Below are positions 47,644 to 58,217 of a stretch of DNA of 64,000 nucleotides, one piece after another. The first letter of the stretch is position 1. Every line of letters begins with the position of its first letter. The notes under the pieces were generated by a model. That model saw only the letters and a list, made by a program, of their open reading frames with translations. It did not search any database and was not told the origin of the DNA. Source of the stretch: Candidatus Latescibacterota bacterium (GTDB lineage: Bacteria > Latescibacterota > UBA2968 > GCA-2709665); NCBI GenBank assembly GCA_965248435.1, contig OZ252100.1:1120001-1184000 (forward strand), written 5' to 3'. Both the position numbers and the translations under genes were made by a program.

Positions 47644-49341
47644 ATGGTAACCACCCAAGATAACCCCCTCATCGTCCAAAGCGACCTGACCGTCCTGGTC
47701 GAGGTCGCGAGCCCCCGTTACGAAGAGGCGAGAGATCGCCTCGTCCGGTTCGCGGAACTGGAAAAAAGCCCCGAACACGTACACACTTACCGGATCAACC
47801 CGCTCTCGCTCTGGAACGCGGCGTCTGCAGGCCTTTCTTCCGATGACGTCCTGGACGTCCTGAACGAATACGGCAAATACGAACTCCCGCAGAACGTCGT
47901 CGTTGAAATCCCTGAACTCATCAGCCGCTACGGCCGGATTCAGATCGATCGATCCGGCGAGGCCCTGGTCCTCTCCGTGGACGACCCCCTCTTGATGACG
48001 GAGATCCGGGCGCACAAGAGGGTCGAACCCTATCTCGGAGACCGGGTCGACGACACGCGGGTGAAGATCGATCCCCTCTACCGCGGTCATCTCAAGCAGG
48101 TCCTCACGCGCATCGGGTTTCCGGTAAAGGACCTTGCGGGATACCTGCCCGGAGCGAAACTGAAGCTCCAGTGCGCGACCACCTTGCAAACAGGAGATGC
48201 CTTTCAACTGAGGGAGTACCAGAGGGAGGCCGCGGACATCTTCTATGCTGGAGGCGGACCCGAAGGCGGGAGCGGAATCGTCGTCCTCCCGTGCGGAGCC
48301 GGCAAGACGGTCGTCGGGATCGCGGCGATCGAGCGTCTGCAGTGTCAGACCTTGATCTTGACGACCAACATCACCGCGTCACGTCAGTGGAAGGACGAAC
48401 TTCTCGACAAGACAGATCTCACCGAGGACCAGATAGGAGAATATTCCGGAGCGAAGAAAGAGATTCGTCCCATTACGACGGCCACCTATCATATCCTGAC
48501 CTACCGCAAGAAGAAGACTGAGGGCTTCCCGCATTTCGGGATTTTCAACCAGGGGAACTGGGGACTCATCGTGTATGACGAGGTGCATCTCCTGCCCGCA
48601 CCGGTCTTCCGGTTCACGGCCGAACTGCAAGCCCGCAGGCGGTTGGGCCTCACCGCAACCCTGGTGAGGGAAGACGGCCTTGAAACGGATGTCTTCAGCC
48701 TCATCGGCCCGAAGTGCTACGATGTACCCTGGCGTGTGCTCGAGAAGCAGGGCTGGATCGCCGTGGCCCAATGCTGCGAGATCCGGATCCCCCTCTCTCA
48801 GGACCTCCGGCTCGAATATGCCGTTGCAGGCGGCCGGGCAAAGTTCAGGATCGCGTCGGAAAATCCGGAAAAGGACGCACTCGTCAAAAAGCTGTTGGAG
48901 AAGCACAAAGGGGACCAGGTTCTCGTGATCGGACAGTATCTGGACCAGCTGGAGAGCCTGGTGGAGCAGATCAAGGCCCCGATCATCCAGGGGAAGACGC
49001 CGGCGTCAGAACGCGGCGAGCTCTATAAGAAGTTTCGGCAAGGGGAAATCGGCGTCCTCGTCGTCTCCAAGGTCGCCAATTTCGCAGTCGATCTCCCGGA
49101 TGCGAACGTGGCCATCCAGCTCTCGGGCACCTTCGGCTCCCGCCAGGAGGAGGCACAGCGGCTGGGCAGGATCCTGCGTCCGAAACGCGACGGCGGCCCG
49201 GCGCATTTTTATACCCTCGTCACCCGTGACAGCCGAGAGCAGGAATTCGCGCGAAAGCGGCAGACCTTCCTCACCGAGCAGGGATATCACTACACGATTC
49301 GGGATGCCGGTGATGTCTTCTCTGAATCCAATGACGCATGA
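47644..49341 (+). CDS. XPB/Rad25-like SF2 DNA helicase
   Basis: NPLIVQSD/EKSPEHVHTY N-domain, LPCGAGKT, DEVH, TATLVRED, QRLGRILR. Confidence 0.93.
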   Translation: MVTTQDNPLIVQSDLTVLVEVASPRYEEARDRLVRFAELEKSPEHVHTYRINPLSLWNAASAGLSSDDVLDVLNEYGKYELPQNVVVEIPELISRYGRIQIDRSGEALVLSVDDPLLMTEIRAHKRVEPYLGDRVDDTRVKIDPLYRGHLKQVLTRIGFPVKDLAGYLPGAKLKLQCATTLQTGDAFQLREYQREAADIFYAGGGPEGGSGIVVLPCGAGKTVVGIAAIERLQCQTLILTTNITASRQWKDELLDKTDLTEDQIGEYSGAKKEIRPITTATYHILTYRKKKTEGFPHFGIFNQGNWGLIVYDEVHLLPAPVFRFTAELQARRRLGLTATLVREDGLETDVFSLIGPKCYDVPWRVLEKQGWIAVAQCCEIRIPLSQDLRLEYAVAGGRAKFRIASENPEKDALVKKLLEKHKGDQVLVIGQYLDQLESLVEQIKAPIIQGKTPASERGELYKKFRQGEIGVLVVSKVANFAVDLPDANVAIQLSGTFGSRQEEAQRLGRILRPKRDGGPAHFYTLVTRDSREQEFARKRQTFLTEQGYHYTIRDAGDVFSESNDA

Positions 49342-50203
49342 TGCCGGCAAGGCATCGACCCCGCGCAGACTCACCGACGTCTTGTTTGCCGCGCTTGAAA
49401 TCACGCGCCCGCACAACTGCACCCTGGTCTTCGGGTCCGTGCTGCTCGGAGGCTGGCTCGGCGTCCATTCCCTCCCTCCACCGCTCCTTCTTGCCGCGCT
49501 TTCGGCCGGTCTGGTCGCTGCAGGTGGCTACGCCTTCAACGACCTGTGGGACATCGCGACAGACCGTCTGAATAAGCCGGGACGTCCCCTCCCATCCGTA
49601 CGGCTGCCCATCTGGCTCGCGAGGACCATCGCTTTCGGTCTGACCGGGCTGGGGATCGGCCTGGCACTCATACTCCCGGCGACCTGCCGGGGCATCGTTC
49701 TGGCCGCTGTGCTCGGGCTCCTCCTCTACAACCGATGGCTCAAGGGCGTTCCTCTTGCCGGAAACCTGCTCATCGGCGGACTCGGGGGACTGACCTTCCT
49801 CTACGGCGGGGCAGCTGTCGAATCCCTGATTGCATCCGCCGTGCCTGCCGCCTTTGCCGGCCTGTATCACACGGGCCGGGAGATCCTCAAGGATTTGGAA
49901 GACGTGAAGGGGGACCATCTCCGCGCCGGCGGAACCCTTCCCCTCAAATGGGGCGTCAGGCGAAGCCAGATCCTTATTACTTCCACCTACTTACTCGTTC
50001 TCCTCGCCACGCCACTCCCATTCCTATTCGGTCTCTACGGCCTCCGCTATCTGGCCGGTGTCCTGCTCCTCGACGCCCTTTTGGCCTACATCGTCGTCGC
50101 CCTCTGGAGGGACCCCGACCCGGGCGCCCTCTCCAGGCTGAATCGGCTCTTGAAGGTCGGAATGGTCATCGGGTTGAGTGCCATATTTCTAGGTAGTGTG
50201 TAG
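49331..50203 (+). CDS. UbiA-family prenyltransferase, DGGGP-synthase-like
   Basis: TRPHN, GGYAFNDLWDIATDRLNKPGRPLPS, REILKDLEDVKGD; multiple TMs. Confidence 0.85.
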   Translation: MTHDAGKASTPRRLTDVLFAALEITRPHNCTLVFGSVLLGGWLGVHSLPPPLLLAALSAGLVAAGGYAFNDLWDIATDRLNKPGRPLPSVRLPIWLARTIAFGLTGLGIGLALILPATCRGIVLAAVLGLLLYNRWLKGVPLAGNLLIGGLGGLTFLYGGAAVESLIASAVPAAFAGLYHTGREILKDLEDVKGDHLRAGGTLPLKWGVRRSQILITSTYLLVLLATPLPFLFGLYGLRYLAGVLLLDALLAYIVVALWRDPDPGALSRLNRLLKVGMVIGLSAIFLGSV

Positions 50204-50536
50204 TTCTGCACCCTTAGCTGTGGGACTCCGGTCGGGGAAGGACTTGAGCCCATGATTGATGGTGTCGACCTGCCTTTTCAGAATACACCGGCCTTACATT
50301 CCGGCTCTATTCAGGGATGCGAGAGCCGTACCCGGTCTGGACCCTTCAACACATTCCACTCCCTGCGATCGCTCAGTGCAGGCAGACTCAGGGCGGGGAC
50401 CGGTCCCACAGCGATGCCCTGATATCTTCAGAATTTCACTTAACACAACCCCCAGATTTTCGCTTGACACAACCCATTGATTATGTTAATTTAAGCGCAT
50501 CGTTCCCGGCTCCGTTCCTGTGTAAGGGGGTATGTT

Positions 50537-50911
50537 TTGGCGACGACGACCAAGAAAGACTTGGCCCTGAAGATCAGTCAAGAGACCGGATGCAAGAAGA
50601 ATCTGGCCTCTAAAATGGTCGATGTCGTGTTCGAGGCGATGCGCGAGAGCCTGATCGACGGCCGCCGAATCGAAATTCGCGGGTTCGGTGTCTTTCAGGT
50701 CAAGGAGACGCGTCCCAAGCTGGCCGCCAGAAACCCTCGAACCGGGCAGATCATCTACGTTCCTGCTCGCCGAAAGACCCATTTCAGACCCGGCAAGCTC
50801 CTCAAAGAGGAACTCCACAAGCCGATCGATGACCAACCTGCTCCTCCTCAGAACGTGGGTTACCAGCCTCCCCCACCCAGTCCGAATCCCTCAACTCCTC
50901 CTCAGACCTGA
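50537..50911 (+). CDS. HU/IHF-family DNA-binding protein with Pro-rich tail
   Basis: TKKDL, IEIRGFGVF, ARNPRTG, FRPGKLLKE; TTGACA at 50464. Confidence 0.92.
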   Translation: MATTTKKDLALKISQETGCKKNLASKMVDVVFEAMRESLIDGRRIEIRGFGVFQVKETRPKLAARNPRTGQIIYVPARRKTHFRPGKLLKEELHKPIDDQPAPPQNVGYQPPPPSPNPSTPPQT

Positions 50912-51047
50912 AGTTCAGTCCGTTTTTCGGGTTCTATAGCTCCTCCGCCAACGCAAATCCGCAAGGCGCTTGACAATCCTGCTGCACGTTTAAATTGGTT
51001 TTCGCCGACTCACGGGGACGATTTCTTCATTTGAGTCGAATCTTGCT

Positions 51048-51070
51048 GTAGTCGCAGGCTTCAGCCTGCG
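51048..51070 (+). repeat. GTAG-type REP-like palindrome
   Basis: GTAG-t-cgcaggct-tc-agcctgcg. Confidence 0.6.
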
Positions 51071-51133
51071 GCACCCCAAAGCAACGTGCCGCGCTAGCTT
51101 CCCCACCACGAGATACGAAATACGAGATACGCC

Positions 51134-51526
51134 GTGAAACGCGCGCTTGTTATCGAAGATCAAAAACCGGTCAGAGACTCCCTGGGCGAGCTCCTCGAAT
51201 TGGCCGGTCTGGAAGTCCGTCTGATCGGCGACGGACAGGCTGCGCTCGATGAGCTGCTGGCCACGCCCTACGATGTGATCACGCTCGACCTCAACATGCC
51301 CTCACTGGACGGCGTCAGCCTGATGGAATCGCTCTCCGTGCAGGAGGGCCCGAACAAGGACACGCCCGTGATCGTCGTCTCCGCCTATCTCTCGTCCGCA
51401 GTGGAGGAAAACCTCAGAGGATTCAACATCGAACATTTCCTCTCGAAGCCCGTGATTGCAGAAGATCTGCTCTGCCCGGTCAAACAGATGCTGGGAATTT
51501 CCTCCACTCAGGCGGATTCCGAGTAA
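51134..51526 (+). CDS. Single-domain response regulator
   Basis: LVIED, ITLDLNMP, VSA, SKP. Confidence 0.9.
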   Translation: MKRALVIEDQKPVRDSLGELLELAGLEVRLIGDGQAALDELLATPYDVITLDLNMPSLDGVSLMESLSVQEGPNKDTPVIVVSAYLSSAVEENLRGFNIEHFLSKPVIAEDLLCPVKQMLGISSTQADSE

Positions 51527-52090
51527 AAGACACTCGTGTTTCTTGGATCCTTAAAGCTATTCCCCCACCTCACAACCCCCTGCCTTCGACGAGCGCACCG
51601 ACCGACCCCTCCTGGGTCGAGGTGGGTCACAATAGGGTTTCTGCCCAATCAGACCCACCCCTAGATCGCCGAAGGAGGGCACTTTAGTATTCGCACCAGA
51701 TGCTTTCCGGCGTGCCCCGGAGGGGCGGGGTGGGTCATATTGCGAGCACAAAAAACCATGCCTCCGGCAGCCAACTTTTCTTGTTCGCCCAAGAAAAGTT
51801 GGACAAAAGAAAGGCGCCGCTCAAACGCCGCGGAGGCTCGGGCCGCGGCACCTTACCCTCAGCGGAACAAACGATCACGGCAGGAGGGCCAAATCCTCAC
51901 CACGCGCTCACGATCACTGAGGAACCAAACCGCTGGGAGGAGAAAATTCACTCCTTGCAAGGTAAGTCGCACACCGCGGCCCTGATGGCATTGATCGATG
52001 CGTCACGTGAGATCCAAGACGGCTGCCAAGATGGCGAGTTTCAAAATTAGAGCCTGGAACCTTAACATTCGGCGAGGAAGCGAAAAGTAA

Positions 52091-54094
<2,004 letters not shown>

Positions 54095-54283
54095 CGGGCT
54101 CACCACGAAGGTCGATCGTTTTACTAGCAGTAAAAGGGCACACAATTGTCATTGTTCGCGGCGCTGGGATGCGCCGCGAACGATCCAATGCACTAAGGCA
54201 CAAATGCGTACAAACTTGGAAACAGGACGTCCGCTGGGGGTGCCGTACGGGCCAGGCATGACAATTGTGTGCCGAGTTTTGCC

Positions 54284-54312
54284 TTGACACAAACATGTGT
54301 TCTGGTTACTCT
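54284..54312 (+). promoter_or_regulatory. sigma70 promoter of tRNA-Ala
   Basis: TTGACA-17 bp-TACTCT, 14 bp before the tRNA. Confidence 0.65.
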
Positions 54313-54326
54313 TGTGGCCGATCGGT

Positions 54327-54402
54327 GGGGCTGTAGCTCAGATGGGAGAGCGCATGAATGGCATTCATGAGGTCAGGGGTTCGATCCCCCTCAGCTCCAC
54401 CA
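54327..54402 (+). tRNA. tRNA-Ala(GGC)
   Basis: GGGGCTG TAGCTCAG...CATGA AT GGC AT TCATG...GGTTCGATCC...CAGCTCC A CCA; G3:U70 pair. Confidence 0.96.
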
Positions 54403-54410
54403 TTAAAAAC

Positions 54411-54450
54411 AAAGGCTTATCTTTCTAGTGAGATAGGCCTCTCTTCTTTT
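54411..54450 (+). terminator. Terminator-like hairpin after tRNA-Ala
   Basis: aggcttatct...agataggcct followed by a T-rich tract. Confidence 0.6.
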
Positions 54451-54585
54451 TATCAGAAAAAGTGACGATCTCGTGACAAAATCCCCGAAATCAAGAAATC
54501 TTATGTGAGGATATGTCAGCTTTGATGCCCATATATAATGTATGGCGAGCGGAGAGGTCTGAAATTCAGAAGTTTGGAGAAGTTA

Positions 54586-55284
54586 ATGGCTTCCTTTAGC
54601 ACATACACAATTTATGCGCGTTTCTTTCCTGCCATCATTTCAGCTCTGCCGCTTGCTGTCTTATGGTTCTTTCTATCAGACCTCAAGGAGTTATCTAATC
54701 TGGTATCGTTCGTGCTGCAGTTTAAATTCCTCGGGGAATTATCCTTCTCCCTTGTCTTCCTTTACTTATATGCACAGATAATTAGAACAACATCAAAGTT
54801 CTTAGAAGAACGATACTTCACAAAAGCGAAAGGATTTCCAACAACATATCTGATGAGCTATGAGAATAGGGTCTTTTCTGAATCCTACAAAGACAAATAC
54901 AGAGAACGAATTGCTTCTTGTTTCAATCTTGAACTACTTGACGCAGATAAAGAAAAAGAGGAACCTGAAGAAGCGAAAAAACGATTAGATGAAGTAGTGA
55001 AGCATGTAATTCTCAAGGTTGGGGATGGGAAGCTTGTAGGAAAGCACAATATCTGGTACGGTTTCTTTAGAAATCTCATAGGTGGTTCTTTTTATTCCAC
55101 GACATTTTGTCTGCTGAACATCGGAGTAGGATATTTCCTGATAAATAATCCAATTCTTGTCATTCCATCAGGCGTAATCCTGATTCTCAATGCAACTATT
55201 CTCTTCTTCCGCAAAAAGATCCTCATTCAAAATGGGGAGGCCTATGCGAAGCAGCTAATTGCAGAGTTTATGTCCCAAGGTTAA
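54586..55284 (+). CDS. Uncharacterised 4-TM membrane protein
   Basis: Two hydrophobic hairpins flanking a soluble loop; ARFFPA and NIWYGFFRNL motifs; RBS ggaga. Confidence 0.75.
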   Translation: MASFSTYTIYARFFPAIISALPLAVLWFFLSDLKELSNLVSFVLQFKFLGELSFSLVFLYLYAQIIRTTSKFLEERYFTKAKGFPTTYLMSYENRVFSESYKDKYRERIASCFNLELLDADKEKEEPEEAKKRLDEVVKHVILKVGDGKLVGKHNIWYGFFRNLIGGSFYSTTFCLLNIGVGYFLINNPILVIPSGVILILNATILFFRKKILIQNGEAYAKQLIAEFMSQG

Positions 55285-56246
55285 ATGCTTATTAACTGCT
55301 TCGCTCTTCTTTGAGCAATCTTCTTTCGAGTAGCCCTTTGAAACGAAAGTATATTTGGCGGAATTGAAATCCTCTGCACGATCGCTTCATCTTCGACCTC
55401 TACGAAGATTGAAGTGTTCTTATCCTTTGTGGATACACTATGTGATTTCTCGTTGTCACCTTCAATCAGAAATCCGTTTGAGAATTCTGATTTGCTGTAG
55501 CTGCTGTCAACATCGTCATCTCCACTTCGTGCAGGAATAACAAAGAGATCCGGTTTGCCCAAGACATCTATAATTTTCTTAGTGAATCCGTTTTTATGGC
55601 CGTGATGTGATGTGATAAAGAAGTTGGTTCCTGAGGCGGCTTCCACAAACCTCTCATCCTCAAGAAGCTTTTCCCATCCACTGACTTGAAGATCCCCAGG
55701 AAAGAGAAACTTGACATCGTTGTGCTCGATGACAGTGACAATGCTGGTATTGTTAACATACTCGTTGTCTTCGGAAGATACTTCTTCAACTTGGCTTTTG
55801 GTTAAGCTTTTATGAAAGAGCTTAAACCCCCAATTTGGCTCCTCTGCATCTTGGCTATATCTTTCTTGCCATTTGAGGTATTTATTTAGATTCTCCAGAC
55901 TTTTCCTTTCCCTTGGGTTCTGAGTGCTTGTAGATGGCTGCGGTTGTATCTTGGTCAGAACGTGTTTGCATCTCTGCACTATTCCTGGTTCTTGCTCCCT
56001 CTTTCTGACCAGCTCTCCGATATCGTTAAGGTGGTCAGCGTGAGGATGGGTCAATACAAATTTCGCAATCTTCCTGGGCCATCGACCATTTTTACGCACG
56101 TAAGGCGTAATGATTCCTATTTGCCGAGTATATTTTACAGGAGAGAAGTCTTCTCTTGCTCCGCAGTCAATCATCAAACCATACCCATTAGGGCTTATGA
56201 TGAATGAGCAGAAACCATGTTGAACATTAAAAACAAGAACCTTCAC
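55281..56246 (-). CDS. ComEC/Rec2-type MBL-fold hydrolase (putative nuclease/phosphodiesterase)
   Basis: FNVQHG, MIDCG, LTHPHADH, NNTSIV, FPGD, SHHG; RBS aggagg. Confidence 0.85.
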   Translation of the reverse strand: MKVLVFNVQHGFCSFIISPNGYGLMIDCGAREDFSPVKYTRQIGIITPYVRKNGRWPRKIAKFVLTHPHADHLNDIGELVRKREQEPGIVQRCKHVLTKIQPQPSTSTQNPRERKSLENLNKYLKWQERYSQDAEEPNWGFKLFHKSLTKSQVEEVSSEDNEYVNNTSIVTVIEHNDVKFLFPGDLQVSGWEKLLEDERFVEAASGTNFFITSHHGHKNGFTKKIIDVLGKPDLFVIPARSGDDDVDSSYSKSEFSNGFLIEGDNEKSHSVSTKDKNTSIFVEVEDEAIVQRISIPPNILSFQRATRKKIAQRRAKQLISI

Positions 56247-56284
56247 GATACCTCCTATGACTCAAATGCCAAGCACCGTTAACG

Positions 56285-56313
56285 AAAAAACCCCTCTCCT
56301 TGAGGGAGAGGGG
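56285..56313 (-). terminator. Intrinsic terminator downstream of integrase
   Basis: Minus strand cccctctcc...ggagagggg followed by T6. Confidence 0.65.
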
Positions 56314-56507
56314 AGCGAGTTATCTCGTTGATTTTACTGATTATGTATGACGATGTCAAGTAAAATACTGAACATTTGGTCATTACTTTATTTGTAACGT
56401 ATTGATTTAATGTATATTAAGTCTAAAAATTGCCAGAATTCTTCCCTATATTCCCCTCTATTAGGGCTCATTTCAGCCCTCCCGTCGAGTGATGGGCATC
56501 CAATGCT

Positions 56508-57632
56508 CTATTCTATATCCTCTATCCCAATGTCCATCAGCTCAGCGAACTTCCGCATATCTAACGCATTGGAATGATCATAGACGTCCATTACCATCCT
56601 GGGACTAGTGTGGCTTAGCAGGGCTGCTATGGCCTGAGCAGGAGCTCCTTTGGAACTTAGATATGATGAGTAAGTGTGACGAAGAGAATGGAGGGTATAC
56701 TTCTCAGGCAACTCAGCTTTGTTGCGATATCTTCTAAAGGCCTGTGTGACAGAATTCGGTCTTAAAGGCCTGGAAGAATCAGTTTCTGACTTGAACACAT
56801 ACTCCCCAGGCTTTATATCCATCCTTTGGAATACCTTGGCAAGCGGCGGAATAATAGGAATGTCAACAATAACAGGATGATCTTTTCTCTTGGTGATTTT
56901 GACCTTCATCGCCATCTGCTCAAGGTCTATGTCTTCGGATTTTAGCCCGAGTATTTCATTCCTCCTTCCGCCAGTATACAAAACGCCTAGAACGTAATTC
57001 TCAAATGTCCTATTTCCTGCCTTTCTAACTTCTTCCAGCAATTTACTTACTTCATCAGCGCTCATATCATTGTCTTGCCTCTTGATCTGGTTTGGCGTAG
57101 GAACTGAAACTAGCAAGAATGGATTATGTAGTAGGTATCCTGACTTCACAGCCCTGTTCAAAGCTGCATTGACTGAATTATGGTAAATCGCCTGAGTTGC
57201 CCTACTCCTTCCTTCCCTATCCAAAGACTCTCGCCATCGCCTTACATCATCTTCCACAAGATCTTCTAAATAAGCGTCCCCAATCTTGCTGATTACGCTC
57301 TTGAAGGCATTCCTAGTCCCAATCTTTGTATTTTCAGAGTGATTGAATTCATAATCCTGTCTGCGCTGATACTCATCCAAGAATTCTGATAGCCTTTTCC
57401 TCCTCCTTGTTGCTTCTGCCCTCTTATGCAGCATATCAATTGAAAGCCTGCCAACTCTTTCAATCTCACCTCTTTTCGCCTGGGAGAATCTCTTTCGGAA
57501 TAATCGCATCCACTCATCTGCCTCGTCCTTGTCGTCAGTCCCAGTGTCAATTCTGTAGCGCCTGTTGTCCACATCAGTGTAATCCAAAGTATATTTCCCA
57601 TCCAGATCCTTTCGTTTTCTAAGGCTTGCCAT
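56508..57632 (-). CDS. Tyrosine recombinase/integrase
   Basis: N-terminal arm-binding-like segment, YTGGRRNE (R), HSLRH, LLSH, DVY catalytic set intact. Confidence 0.93.
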   Translation of the reverse strand: MASLRKRKDLDGKYTLDYTDVDNRRYRIDTGTDDKDEADEWMRLFRKRFSQAKRGEIERVGRLSIDMLHKRAEATRRRKRLSEFLDEYQRRQDYEFNHSENTKIGTRNAFKSVISKIGDAYLEDLVEDDVRRWRESLDREGRSRATQAIYHNSVNAALNRAVKSGYLLHNPFLLVSVPTPNQIKRQDNDMSADEVSKLLEEVRKAGNRTFENYVLGVLYTGGRRNEILGLKSEDIDLEQMAMKVKITKRKDHPVIVDIPIIPPLAKVFQRMDIKPGEYVFKSETDSSRPLRPNSVTQAFRRYRNKAELPEKYTLHSLRHTYSSYLSSKGAPAQAIAALLSHTSPRMVMDVYDHSNALDMRKFAELMDIGIEDIE

Positions 57633-57642
57633 TTTTGTTGTG

Positions 57643-57840
57643 CTAATCCTTCTTTGGGTTTTGATGCCCACTTGCCATCCATTCATCTATCAATACGCGT
57701 GAAAATCTTGTAAGGTTTGAGCCAGGCAGTTTTATGTAAGGAATTCTCTTTTTAGAGACATATTGGCGTACAGTGTTCGGAGAGATCTTTATGTATCTCG
57801 CGACACCATCTACATCCATATAGGTCTGGTCCTCATCCAT
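57643..57840 (-). CDS. Excisionase-like HTH protein
   Basis: MDVDGVARYIKISPNTVRQYVSKKRIPYIK...RF...IDEW; immediately upstream of the integrase. Confidence 0.88.
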   Translation of the reverse strand: MDEDQTYMDVDGVARYIKISPNTVRQYVSKKRIPYIKLPGSNLTRFSRVLIDEWMASGHQNPKKD

Positions 57841-58003
57841 TCCTCCAGAACCTTTCATAGCCTGTTCCTGATTAAGGTTTGTGCGGGTATTAGTGTAGGA
57901 CCATCTGCAAACTGAAAAGAGAAAACCACACTACTCTAGAAGTGAAGCTGAGCGGTGTGGTTTTTCCTACGACCGTCTAACTTAGTTAGCTAAGGCTTAG
58001 AGA

Positions 58004-58168
58004 TTAGGGCTTTCTCTCATTCCTATCTATAGGTTCCAGCTTTCTGGTCCTATGCTCTTCAATAATCTTTGGAATTCCGCTCTGGAATTTTATGGAAATG
58101 GAGCCCCAAAAGTCTTTGCCAACGTTTTCCTGGAGATACTGAATCACTGGATTGAAGCGGCTAGTCAT
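58004..58168 (-). CDS. Small protein, DUF2292/YezD-like
   Basis: RBS ggaggga; FWGSISIKFQSGIPKIIEEHRTRK pattern. Confidence 0.6.
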   Translation of the reverse strand: MTSRFNPVIQYLQENVGKDFWGSISIKFQSGIPKIIEEHRTRKLEPIDRNERKP

Positions 58169-58217
58169 ATTCCCTCCTAGTTTGAGTTCATTGAGTAGCT
58201 TATTCATACGCCACCAT

